From: an uncultured bacterium
Lineage (GTDB): Bacteria > Desulfobacterota_D > UBA1144 > Nemesobacterales > UBA2774
Direction of reading: 5' to 3'
DNA: 64,000 nt
NCBI GenBank assembly: GCA_963825135.1
Contig: CAWGRW010000009.1
Coordinates: 2,506,443 to 2,570,442, forward strand
Shown: in pieces, positions 53,267-62,427 of the stretch
How positions within the stretch are numbered: position 1 is the first letter of the stretch
How the letters are laid out: the number at the start of each line of letters is the position of its first letter
The notes under the pieces: model-generated
The model's input: only the letters and a program-made list of their open reading frames with translations
Told to the model about the DNA's origin: nothing
Databases searched by the model: none
Made by a program: the position numbers and the translations under genes

Positions 53267-53930
53267 CTACTCGACCTTTATTTCCTCGTCCGTCCGGTCC
53301 TTGATTTCGGTTTCGGTTATGACGGCCGAGCCGGTCTCGCAGATTCCTTCGGGCTCAGGCGCGTTCCGTTTGACCTCGACCGCGGTTTCCTTAACCGAAA
53401 TCTTTTCGAGGGCGAGCGAGGATTCGAGCTTCACGAGGTCTTCCGTGATGCATGTCCCGGCCCCTTCCCCGATCTTCCATTCGGTGCACTTCTCGCCGCC
53501 TACTGTCTTCTCCCCTACCCGCTTCGCGCCCATGTTGGTCATGAACTCCTCGGTGAACTCCCTGGGGTCCTTGCCCTTGATGCGTTTGTAGATTTCGGGG
53601 AACATCGGGTTCCTGACCTTCGTCCCCGTGTTGTCGTCCAGGTTGATTTTGACGATCCACTGCTCCCCGCCCGCGATGCTGGTTATCACCTTCTCGTTAA
53701 TCTTTAGCGGGGGGCCGCCCGGAACCCTGACCTCGGAAACCTCGACCCAGCAGAGCTTCTTTCCCCAATCGCCCGAATATTCGGTCTTCTCGCCCGCGCT
53801 ATTCCCCTCTATCCTGTATTTGACGGTGTAGCTCTCGAGCGGGTGGTACTTCTGCTCCTGGGCGTGGGAACCAGGAGCAGCCGAAAGGAGAAAAATTAAG
53901 GTAGAGATGTGGAAAATATATTTAATGTCA
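53267..53930 (-). CDS. Secreted hypothetical protein (start uncertain)
   Basis: Host-like codon usage over about 200 codons; hydrophobic signal-like LIFLLSAAPGSHA; no clean in-frame ATG near the signal. Confidence 0.6.
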
Positions 53931-54020
53931 TAGTTTAGAAATACATGACAACTATCTGTGTTTACTGTTAAATGAGGTAATAGATGTGATCTTCTTGTTG
54001 CTCTCATTCCATTCTTTGTT

Positions 54021-54191
54021 AAATCCCCCTTAATCTGGTTTCAAATACCCTGTCGCTTCGATCAAGGGATTTCTTTGCTTTTAATCATCTCCGACCAATT
54101 CCTCCGATTTGTCGGAATTGTTCCCCTTTTCCAAAGGGGGAAAGTAATTTTTGATTCCCTCCTTAGAAAAAGGAGGGGCAGGGAGGATTTT
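54021..54191. repeat. Pair of CCCCCTT/AAGGGGG palindromic repeats, the first interrupted by an insert
   Basis: Same layout as 53002-53083 except for the insert. Confidence 0.8.
54036..54122 (-). mobile_element. 87-nt structured insert (AAC...CCA type), copy B
   Basis: Reverse complement aligns end to end with 46651-46736. Confidence 0.7.
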
Positions 54192-54213
54192 TATTTATAT
54201 TTTTCTAGGCTAT

Positions 54214-54870
54214 TCAAAATTTCCTTATTTCGAGTGTGTTTATTTTATCGGTAATGTCGAGGAAGGCGTAGGAGCGCGTGCCGAGGGGGCCGGGATTGAC
54301 GATTTTGGTCTCTCCAAGCGTATCGATTCCGGGGGCCTCGTGTATGTGTCCCGTGAAGCATACGAGAGGCTTGTGACGTTCTATGAATTCCCTCACAGTC
54401 CTGCTGCCCACGTGGGACCCGTTCGTGAGCGTGTCGCTGAGCGTGCCGTATGGCGGCTGGTGAGAGACAAGTATCCGGGGCGCCCCGTCCCCGGAACCGT
54501 CGAGCGAACCCTCGAATATCTCCGCGTATTCCTCCTCCGTGTAAACGTTCGGGGTCGGGCTCGGGCATGGGAGCGAGCCCCCCGCCCCGGTGATGGAAAG
54601 TCCCTTAATATCTACGGTCCTTCCGTGTATGTTAAGGCCCCTTGCGGAGAGGTATTCGTCCACCCCTTTCGTGTCGCAGTTCCCGGTTACGGCGAGTATG
54701 TTTCTATTATATTTCGCGACCGAGGATATAACATCTTCGGCGTCCCTGCCGTCCCCGAAATGGGTGAGGTCCCCGGAGATAATGACGAGGTCCACCGGGC
54801 AGAGCGCCGCGCCCAGGCCGTCTATCGGCGTCAGGTTCCCGTGTATGTCCACTATGTTGATAATCTTCAT
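54214..54870 (-). CDS. Metallophosphoesterase (Icc-related)
   Basis: DIHG, SGDLT, GNCD, SHQPP and GHIHE. Confidence 0.88.
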   Translation of the reverse strand: MKIINIVDIHGNLTPIDGLGAALCPVDLVIISGDLTHFGDGRDAEDVISSVAKYNRNILAVTGNCDTKGVDEYLSARGLNIHGRTVDIKGLSITGAGGSLPCPSPTPNVYTEEEYAEIFEGSLDGSGDGAPRILVSHQPPYGTLSDTLTNGSHVGSRTVREFIERHKPLVCFTGHIHEAPGIDTLGETKIVNPGPLGTRSYAFLDITDKINTLEIRKF

Positions 54871-54881
54871 TACTCGTGCAA

Positions 54882-55487
54882 TCAGTTACGGGTGATGACC
54901 CCTTCTTCGGTGATAGCTTCGCCTACAAGCTGTTCGTTGAACTGGGCGCCGTACTGCCTCAGCATCCAGAGCTCGGGGATTATCTCACCGACTATGCCTC
55001 CGTTGTCGAACACCCGCACCATCGAGCTCTCGGAGACGACCACGGCTACGGCGCTCGTTGTCTTCGTTATGGACGCAGCGGCCATGTGCCTGCTCCCGAG
55101 GCCGAGCGGCAGGTCGAGCCCTTCCGACGTGGCGTCTATGTATCGGCATGCGGAAAGCACTACGCCGCTGTCGGTAATTATGAACGCGCCGTCTAACTGG
55201 GCGAGCTCCTTTAAGGTCTCGCGCATTCCGGGGTCGTCGATCCGCTTCGCGGTATCGGGATGGCCGTATAGCGGGTCGAGTATCATGGGGCGGGAGCGTT
55301 TGAGCGTGGAATCGGTGTCCGCTATTACGAACATGGTCCCTATCTTTCTGCCTTCCCTCCCCTCCCTGGCTATCTCCATTGCCAGGTTGAGCACGCTTTT
55401 CAAATTCTCGGGATCGACCTTGCGCTCCGGGCAGCATATGCCCGAAACGAGCCTTCTGTGAGCTTCTATCCTCTTCACGATGTCCAT
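54882..55487 (-). CDS. Stand-alone DAC (DisA_N) diadenylate cyclase, DacZ-like catalytic domain
   Basis: EGREGRKIGT, ELAQLDGA, GLGSRHMAA and VVSES. Confidence 0.85.
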   Translation of the reverse strand: MDIVKRIEAHRRLVSGICCPERKVDPENLKSVLNLAMEIAREGREGRKIGTMFVIADTDSTLKRSRPMILDPLYGHPDTAKRIDDPGMRETLKELAQLDGAFIITDSGVVLSACRYIDATSEGLDLPLGLGSRHMAAASITKTTSAVAVVVSESSMVRVFDNGGIVGEIIPELWMLRQYGAQFNEQLVGEAITEEGVITRN

Positions 55488-55618
55488 GTGTTTACGCCTC
55501 TCGTTCTATCTAGATTAATATAACCGATAATGGATTCACGCGCCCGTGCGCACGGACAATGTCCGCCGATAATCGATACTTCCGTTACCCGCGCGCCAGG
55601 CTGACAAACATAGCCCGA

Positions 55619-55776
55619 CCCGTTCGTCCTGAGCCCACCTGTCCTCGGGCGCAGAACCTGCGCTCGTATACGGTCCCTTTGTTGCTCTTCGGCTTTAGTC
55701 AGATAAAGGAGCCAGGTTTATCCTGAACTGCACGCCTGTCCTGAGCTTGTCGATGGGGTCGAAGGATTGAACGGGT
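55619..55776. repeat. Nested GTCCTGAGC..GTCGAAGG repeat with an internal structured segment of about 80 nt
   Basis: Bounded by CCCGTTC and GAACGGG; three TCCTGA(G/A)C starts; internal ACCTG...CAGGT-closed two-hairpin segment. Confidence 0.7.
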
Positions 55777-55907
55777 CATATTCCCGTATGTCAGCGGCGA
55801 CTCGCCGTTTTTGGTGTTATGTTTTAATGTGCGGATCCCGGCCGTGAACTCTGGCGTGTTCCGGCTTCGAGGAGCTGCTAATCAAGATACACCGGAGATA
55901 AAAACAT

Positions 55908-57602
55908 ATGAGCGCGGACAATCACGTTACCGTAGGGTCGTACGTTGCGTCGAGGCTTTCGGAGGCGGGAGTAAGACATTACTTCGCCGTACCGGGAGAC
56001 TATAACCTCATACTACTCGACGAGTTTTTGAAGAACGGGGATTTGAGGATGATAAGCTGCTGCAACGAGCTCAACGCCGGGTACGCCGCAGACGGGTACG
56101 CGAGGGCAAACGGAGTCGCGGCGCAGGTGGTCACTTTCTCGGTGGGAGGCCTGAGCGCCCTGAACGCGATCGCGGGGGCTTACGCCGAGGACCTGTCCGT
56201 GCTCATCATATCGGGCGGCCCGAACACGAATTCCGAAATGGAGAACCAGATATTACACCACACCTGCGGCGAGGTGCACTACGGGTATCAGAGGGACATA
56301 TTCTCCCATACCACGGCCATGTCGGTTATAGTGAGGCACCTGGGGGACGCGCCTTATCTGATAGACAAGGCGATAGAGGAGTGCGTCTTCAGGAAAAAGC
56401 CCGTGTACCTCGAGATTCCCTGCAACCTGGCCGGGCTCATGGTCCCCCCTCCCAACAGAAAGTATTTCGCCAAAGACCCCGTTAGCCATCCGGAGGCGCT
56501 CGAGGAGGCCGTAGAGAGGACCGCAGGGCTGCTTGGCTCGGCCGCGAAGACCGTGCTCGTGGCCGGGGCGAAGCTCCGCGCTTTCGGTGCGGCTGACGCT
56601 TTCAGAAAGCTCGTGGACGCGTCTCGCTGCGCGGTCGCCTCGATGCCCGAGGCAAAGGGAATAGTCCCCGAGGGACACCCCTGCTATATCGGCACGTACT
56701 GGGGACCCGTGAGCAGCCCGGGTACGGCGGAGATAGTGGAATCCGCGAACATGTACCTCTTCGCGGGGCCCGTGTTTACCGACTATACGACGTGCGGGTT
56801 CTCGGCGCTGATTAAACCGGAGAAGCTCATACACGCGGGGCCCGATTTCGTAAAGCTCCCCGGCGTCACGTACAACGATATAGCGCTTTCGGATTTCCTC
56901 GAGGCGCTCGCAAAGAAGATAAAGCCCAACGACGCCTCCCTCGCTGCCTATAAACGCATACGTGTCGAGCTCGCGCCCGAGCCGCCCCTGAAGAAGGAAG
57001 CCCCTATAACGACGAGGAGGCTATTCTCCCGCGTTCAGGAGGTCCTCACACCCGGCAGCGCGGTTATAGCCGAGACGGGGGACTCCTGGTTTAACGCCAT
57101 AAAGCTCAGGCTCCCCGAGGGGTGCGGCTTCGAGATACAGATGCAGTACGGCTCTATCGGATGGTCTCTGGGAGCGACCCTCGGCTATGCCCTTGGGAGC
57201 CCGGACAAAAAGCGCGTCCTCACGTTCGTCGGCGACGGCTCGTTCCAGCTCACGGCCCAGGAGCTATCGACGATGATACGCTACGGGCTCAACCCCATAA
57301 TATTTCTCATCAACAACGGCGGCTACACGATAGAGGTCGAGATACACGACGGCCCCTACAACAATATCAAGAACTGGGACTATGCGGGGCTGGTTGACGT
57401 ATTCAACGCCGGGGAAGGGAACGGGTTCGGCGTGAGGGTCAGGACAGAGGGTGAGCTCGATGAGGCGGTAAAGAAGGCCCTCTCCCACGACGGGCTCTCT
57501 CTCATAGAGGTAATCATAGACAGGGACGACTGCAGTAAGGAATTGCTCGAATGGGGGAGCAGGGTCTCCGCGAACAACGGACGCCCCCCGATGTGCGGGT
57601 GA
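55908..57602 (+). CDS. pdc: Pyruvate decarboxylase (ThDP-dependent 2-oxo-acid decarboxylase)
   Basis: [49 protein letters not shown] and KELLEWG. Confidence 0.85.
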   Translation: MSADNHVTVGSYVASRLSEAGVRHYFAVPGDYNLILLDEFLKNGDLRMISCCNELNAGYAADGYARANGVAAQVVTFSVGGLSALNAIAGAYAEDLSVLIISGGPNTNSEMENQILHHTCGEVHYGYQRDIFSHTTAMSVIVRHLGDAPYLIDKAIEECVFRKKPVYLEIPCNLAGLMVPPPNRKYFAKDPVSHPEALEEAVERTAGLLGSAAKTVLVAGAKLRAFGAADAFRKLVDASRCAVASMPEAKGIVPEGHPCYIGTYWGPVSSPGTAEIVESANMYLFAGPVFTDYTTCGFSALIKPEKLIHAGPDFVKLPGVTYNDIALSDFLEALAKKIKPNDASLAAYKRIRVELAPEPPLKKEAPITTRRLFSRVQEVLTPGSAVIAETGDSWFNAIKLRLPEGCGFEIQMQYGSIGWSLGATLGYALGSPDKKRVLTFVGDGSFQLTAQELSTMIRYGLNPIIFLINNGGYTIEVEIHDGPYNNIKNWDYAGLVDVFNAGEGNGFGVRVRTEGELDEAVKKALSHDGLSLIEVIIDRDDCSKELLEWGSRVSANNGRPPMCG

Positions 57603-57673
57603 TGTTCTTGTTTTTCTTCGCGCCGGTATGGCGCTTCTATTGATATTAGATATATTACGAATAGAGAACATCT

Positions 57674-58408
57674 ATGTCTGAAAAGGTTGCTCTTATAACG
57701 GGCGGGGCGAAGGGGATAGGGAGGGAGATCGCCCTTGCCCTTGCGGATAGAGGATGGTCCGTCGCCGTCTGTTACAGGAAGAGCAAAAAAGAAGCAACCG
57801 AAACAGTGAAGGACATAGAGTCCCGCGGGGCAAGGGGCATGCATTATAAAACGGACGTGTCTAACCCGGCGTCCGCCGTTGACCTCGTGAGGAAGGTCGA
57901 GGCCGAGTTCGGGAGGATAGACGCGCTCATCAACTGCGCCGGCCCCTATCACCGTATTAACTTGCTGAAGGAATCCGTCGAGGGCTGGCACGAGATGTTC
58001 GACAACAACCTCCACCCGGTGTTCTACCTCTCCCGCACCGTCGCGGAAGGTATGAAGACCCGCGGCTGGGGGCGCATAATCAACTTCGGCATGGCGAACG
58101 CCGATAAGCTGAGCGCCCAGACCGAGATAACGGCGCATTACATTGCAAAGGCGGGGGTGCTGATACTCACCCGATCCCTCGCACGTCTCCTCGCGCCCCA
58201 CGGCATTACCGTGAACTCCATATCCCCGGGGTTCATCGAGTCGGGCAGCGCCACCATGGAAGAGCTTCAAAATATGGTAAAGACGATCCCCGCCGGATAC
58301 ATAGGGAGCACAAAGGACGCGGTCGATGCCGCGTTGTTCCTCCTGTCCGACGAGGCCCGTTACGTGAACGGCGCGAACATACACCTGAGCGGCGGGTGGG
58401 GGCTCTGA
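57674..58408 (+). CDS. SDR family oxidoreductase
   Basis: TGGAKGIG, YIAK-like catalytic region, TVNSISPG. Confidence 0.88.
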   Translation: MSEKVALITGGAKGIGREIALALADRGWSVAVCYRKSKKEATETVKDIESRGARGMHYKTDVSNPASAVDLVRKVEAEFGRIDALINCAGPYHRINLLKESVEGWHEMFDNNLHPVFYLSRTVAEGMKTRGWGRIINFGMANADKLSAQTEITAHYIAKAGVLILTRSLARLLAPHGITVNSISPGFIESGSATMEELQNMVKTIPAGYIGSTKDAVDAALFLLSDEARYVNGANIHLSGGWGL

Positions 58409-58483
58409 GCCGCGTTCCGTCATTTTAACGCACTCCGCGCAGGCTGGATTTACGCGCGGCGTTAGTTATAATCAATTCACCCC

Positions 58484-59506
58484 ATGGATACCGGATTACT
58501 TAAGAAACTCTGCGAAGCTCCCGGGCTGCCGGGACACGAAGGACCAGTCAAGGAAATCATAAAAGAGCTGTTCTCCGAATTCACGGACGAGATCAAAGAG
58601 GACGCGCTGGGCAACATCATAGCCCACGTGCCCGGCAAGGGGCCGAGGCTCGTCATCGACGCCCATACGGACGAAGTCGGGTTCATGGTGAGCCATATAG
58701 ACGGCAAGGGGTTCCTCCATGTGATCCCGTTAGGCGGCATGGACCCCAGGGTCTTTTACGCGCAGAGGATAACCGTGTGGGGACGGAGGGCCGTCACCGG
58801 CACTGTAGCCGCGATACCCCCTCACGTAAGCAGGAACGCGAACAACAAGGAAGCGCCCGAGGTCGAGGACTGCGTCGTCGATCTGGGCCTATCAGCAGAG
58901 AAGGTGAAGGATATCGTCAGGGTCGGGGACGTGGCCTCGTTCTGCTACCCCTTCGAGGAGACTGAAGACGCGTTTATATCCAAGGCGATAGACGACAGGG
59001 TTGGCTTATTTGTAATGGTAGAAGCCCTCAGAAGAAAGCCAAGGCAGTCCTGCGACCTCTATCTCACCGCTTCGTGTCAGGAGGAGGTGGGACTCAGGGG
59101 CGCGCACGTGATAGTGCCCGCAATCGAGCCCGATTTCGCGATCGCCATAGAAGGGACGGTCGCCATGGACGTGCCGGGGATACCGGATTACAAGACCCTC
59201 GCCAACACCGGGAAGGGGCCCGAGGTCAGGCTCTCGGACAGGTTCCTCGTAGCCCACAGGCCCTTCAGCGACTTTATCATGAAAACGGCCGAGGAGGCGA
59301 AGATCCCTTACCAGATCACGGTGAAGAAGGCCGGGTCCACTAACGCCACGGCGATGCAGGTCACGGGAAAGGGCACCCGCGCCGCGTCCGTATCCGTGCC
59401 CGTAAGATACCTCCACAGCCCGAGCTGCCTCGCGTTTAAATCCGACATCGGGCACACTATCGACCTCATCCGCGCGGTCATCGAAAATATCGGGCATTTT
59501 GGGTAG
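58484..59506 (+). CDS. M42 family metallopeptidase
   Basis: AHTDEVG, KAIDDRVG, QEEVGLRGA and RYLHSP. Confidence 0.92.
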   Translation: MDTGLLKKLCEAPGLPGHEGPVKEIIKELFSEFTDEIKEDALGNIIAHVPGKGPRLVIDAHTDEVGFMVSHIDGKGFLHVIPLGGMDPRVFYAQRITVWGRRAVTGTVAAIPPHVSRNANNKEAPEVEDCVVDLGLSAEKVKDIVRVGDVASFCYPFEETEDAFISKAIDDRVGLFVMVEALRRKPRQSCDLYLTASCQEEVGLRGAHVIVPAIEPDFAIAIEGTVAMDVPGIPDYKTLANTGKGPEVRLSDRFLVAHRPFSDFIMKTAEEAKIPYQITVKKAGSTNATAMQVTGKGTRAASVSVPVRYLHSPSCLAFKSDIGHTIDLIRAVIENIGHFG

Positions 59507-59535
59507 TCCCCCTCTCTCTGATACACTTATTCCGA

Positions 59536-60387
59536 ATGATGCCGAATAAGACCGTTTTCGTGACGGCCCTGATCCTTCTCTGCCTCGCTCTGCTGTTCCC
59601 CGCCCGGGACGGTATGTGCGGAGACTCGTCCTTAAACGCGTCCGCCGATACCTCCGCGGGCGAAGGCGTGACGGACCCGCTCGCGCGGGCCAGAGAGGCG
59701 TTCGGCTCCTATAACGCGGACCCGGACAACATAGACAAGGCCATCGCCCTCACCGAGGAGGATTTGAAGCGGGACCCCTCGAACGTCCCGGCGCTCCTGC
59801 TCCTCTCGAGGGAATGGCTTACGTACGGATACGTGAAGGCGCGGACCAGGGAAGACTTTATAAGGGTATTCGAGAACGGCAAGAACGCCGCCGGAAAGGC
59901 CATAGAAATCGACCCCCGAAACGCGGACGCCCATTTCTTCTACGTCGCCAACCTCGCGTCGCTTGGGGACGCGAAGGGGCTCTTCAATTCCCTCTTCATG
60001 CTCCCTGAGGTCAGGAGGGAGCTCGAAACGGTGCTCGATCTCGATCCTAATCACGCGAACGGGCTCGCCATGACGGGCGCGCTCTATCTGTACCTCCCGT
60101 CCATACTCGGAGGGGACCTCCACATCTCGGAGGTATATCTGAAGAGGTCCGTATCGATCGACCCGCACGTATCCTCGGCCGGGCTATATCTGGCGGCCAA
60201 CCTCAAGAGGCAAAAGAAATACGACGAGGCTCTAGAGGTCCTCTACGGCATACTCGACGACAGGAACCCGTCCTTCTATCCCGACTGGGTCGAGAACAGG
60301 AAGTACGCTTATATGATGATCAGGGGGATAAGGCGGGAAATGGGCGGGGAGACCGCCAGAAAGGATGAGGGCAGCACGCTCAATTGA
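59536..60387 (+). CDS. Exported tetratricopeptide repeat protein
   Basis: Signal-like N-terminus; TPR-like repeats (AIEIDP, VLDLDP, SVSIDP); LPSILGGD. Confidence 0.7.
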   Translation: MMPNKTVFVTALILLCLALLFPARDGMCGDSSLNASADTSAGEGVTDPLARAREAFGSYNADPDNIDKAIALTEEDLKRDPSNVPALLLLSREWLTYGYVKARTREDFIRVFENGKNAAGKAIEIDPRNADAHFFYVANLASLGDAKGLFNSLFMLPEVRRELETVLDLDPNHANGLAMTGALYLYLPSILGGDLHISEVYLKRSVSIDPHVSSAGLYLAANLKRQKKYDEALEVLYGILDDRNPSFYPDWVENRKYAYMMIRGIRREMGGETARKDEGSTLN

Positions 60388-60422
60388 AATTGCGATACAC
60401 ATAAATTGGGTTTGAGGGACGC

Positions 60423-60782
60423 ATGTACATAGAAGAGTTGATAACACTATTCGAAACGGCGGCAGCGGAGGGCTTCCCCGCGCTTAAATCCGAACGCGTG
60501 AGGGAGGCGCTCAGGCGAGGGATCGAGTCGAGGAAATACGACCTCCAGGACGGGGCGCTGATCGAGGCGATTCTCAAGCAGGACAGCCGGGACCTCGTAG
60601 AGTCCTTTACGCAGGCGTTCGAATCTGTGTTAAGCGGTTTTGACGGGGAAGATGCGAGGAATGAATTTCTCGACGGGGACGGCGCCGGGAAAGAAGCGAT
60701 ACGTATATATATCGCCTCCCTTGAGCATCTGATTAATTACTACCATACGAGCCTTATAGGCAAGCACTTCTCGAGCACATAG
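60423..60782 (+). CDS. Hypothetical protein
   Basis: 119-aa ORF with GAGG RBS, co-oriented with upstream genes. Confidence 0.6.
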   Translation: MYIEELITLFETAAAEGFPALKSERVREALRRGIESRKYDLQDGALIEAILKQDSRDLVESFTQAFESVLSGFDGEDARNEFLDGDGAGKEAIRIYIASLEHLINYYHTSLIGKHFSST

Positions 60783-60889
60783 CCGGCGGGGGGGGAGCCA
60801 AAGCCCATTGCCCTCAATCGCTGCCCGCCTCTTCGCCGCGGCCGGAAGCCGCTGCCGAGGTACATACCGGCAGTTATGCCTGCGCCTGA

Positions 60890-62194
60890 TTAAGCCTTCT
60901 TCTTTTTGCCCCTTTCGGACATCGGAACGTACTTGCGGTCCATCTCTCCCAGGTAAACCTGCCTCGGGCGGGCGATCCTTCTCTCCGGGTCCTCAAGGAG
61001 CTCTATCCACTGGGCGAGCCATCCGGGGTTACGCCCTATGGCGAAGAGCACCGTGAACATATCGGTGGGTATGCCCATGCTCTGGTATATGAGGCCCGAG
61101 TAAAAGTCCACGTTCGGGTAGAGCTTGCGCTTTACGAAGTAGTCGTCCTCGAGCGCTATCTTCTCGAGCTCGAGCGCTATGTCGAGGAGCGGGTTCTTCC
61201 CCGAGACATCGAAGACGTCGTACGCGATTTTCTTTATTATCTTGGCCCTCGGGTCGTAAGACTTGTAGACCCTGTGGCCGAAGCCCATGAGCCTGAATTC
61301 GCCGGTCTTGGCCTTCTTGATGTATTCGGGGATGTTCTTGACGGAGCCTATCTCCCTGAGCATCTGGAGCACGCCCTCGTTGGCTCCTCCGTGGAGCGGG
61401 CCGTAGAGAGCCGCTATCGCCGCGGCCGTCGCGGAATACGGGTCGGGGAGAGAGCTTCCGACGTTACGCATCGCGCTCGCGCTGCAGTTCTGCTCGTGGT
61501 CCGCGTGGAGTATGAACAGCACGTCTATGGCCTTTTCTATCGCGGGGTTCGGCTTGTATTTGAGCTCGGTCATTTTAAATAACATGTTGAGGAAATTCCC
61601 GGCGTAGGAGAGGTCGTTATCGGGATACACGTAGGGCATGCCCATCGAATGGCGGTACGCGAAGGCCGCCATGGTCGGCATCTTTGCGATCAGCCTGTGC
61701 ACCTGTATATCGCGTATTTCCTTGTTGAATATGTCTTTCGCCTCCGGGTAGAAGGTCGAAAGGGCCCCGACGGTTCCCAAAAGCATCCCCATGGGGTGCG
61801 CGTCGTAGCGGAACCCGTCCATGAATCTCTTTATATTCTCATGCACAATCGTATGGTGAATGATGTTGTGCACCCACTGGTCGTACTCGGCCTTCGTGGG
61901 CAGCTCGCCGTGCAGCAGAAGGTACGCGACCTCGAGGAAGTTGCTCTTCTCCGCGAGCTCCTCTATGGGGTATCCCCTGTACTGGAGTATGCCGTTGTCC
62001 CCGTCGATGTAGGTTATCTTGCTTATACAGGCGGCCGTGTTCCCGAAAGCGGGGTCATAGCTCATCATTCCGAAATCGTCGTCCTTGACCTTTATCTGCT
62101 TTAAGTCGTTGGCCCTGATGGTGTCGTTCTCTATGGGTATCTCGTAACTCTTCCCCGTCCTGTTGTCTGTGATCGATAATGTGTCCTTCGCCAC
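60890..62194 (-). CDS. gltA: Citrate synthase
   Basis: LHADHEQN, GPLHGGAN, GFGHRVY, YPNVDFYSG and RPRQ. Confidence 0.96.
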   Translation of the reverse strand: MAKDTLSITDNRTGKSYEIPIENDTIRANDLKQIKVKDDDFGMMSYDPAFGNTAACISKITYIDGDNGILQYRGYPIEELAEKSNFLEVAYLLLHGELPTKAEYDQWVHNIIHHTIVHENIKRFMDGFRYDAHPMGMLLGTVGALSTFYPEAKDIFNKEIRDIQVHRLIAKMPTMAAFAYRHSMGMPYVYPDNDLSYAGNFLNMLFKMTELKYKPNPAIEKAIDVLFILHADHEQNCSASAMRNVGSSLPDPYSATAAAIAALYGPLHGGANEGVLQMLREIGSVKNIPEYIKKAKTGEFRLMGFGHRVYKSYDPRAKIIKKIAYDVFDVSGKNPLLDIALELEKIALEDDYFVKRKLYPNVDFYSGLIYQSMGIPTDMFTVLFAIGRNPGWLAQWIELLEDPERRIARPRQVYLGEMDRKYVPMSERGKKKKA

Positions 62195-62427
62195 GGTGAT
62201 TCCTCCTTCTACTGTATTTCCTGCGAGGTTTTTTGTTTTTTTGTAATAGCCGATTTAATTTTTAAGGATTTGTGTCCGAAATACGAGTGTTCGCGGACAA
62301 CTAAACTTACCCTAACTCCTGAAATTTTCAATATTCATAAAAAATTTCGGCAAATGGAATCATCACGCACCGGTCCGGGCGTCCGGGACCCCCGGCGCGG
62401 CCTTCGCCCCGCAGGCGGGAGCGCCGC

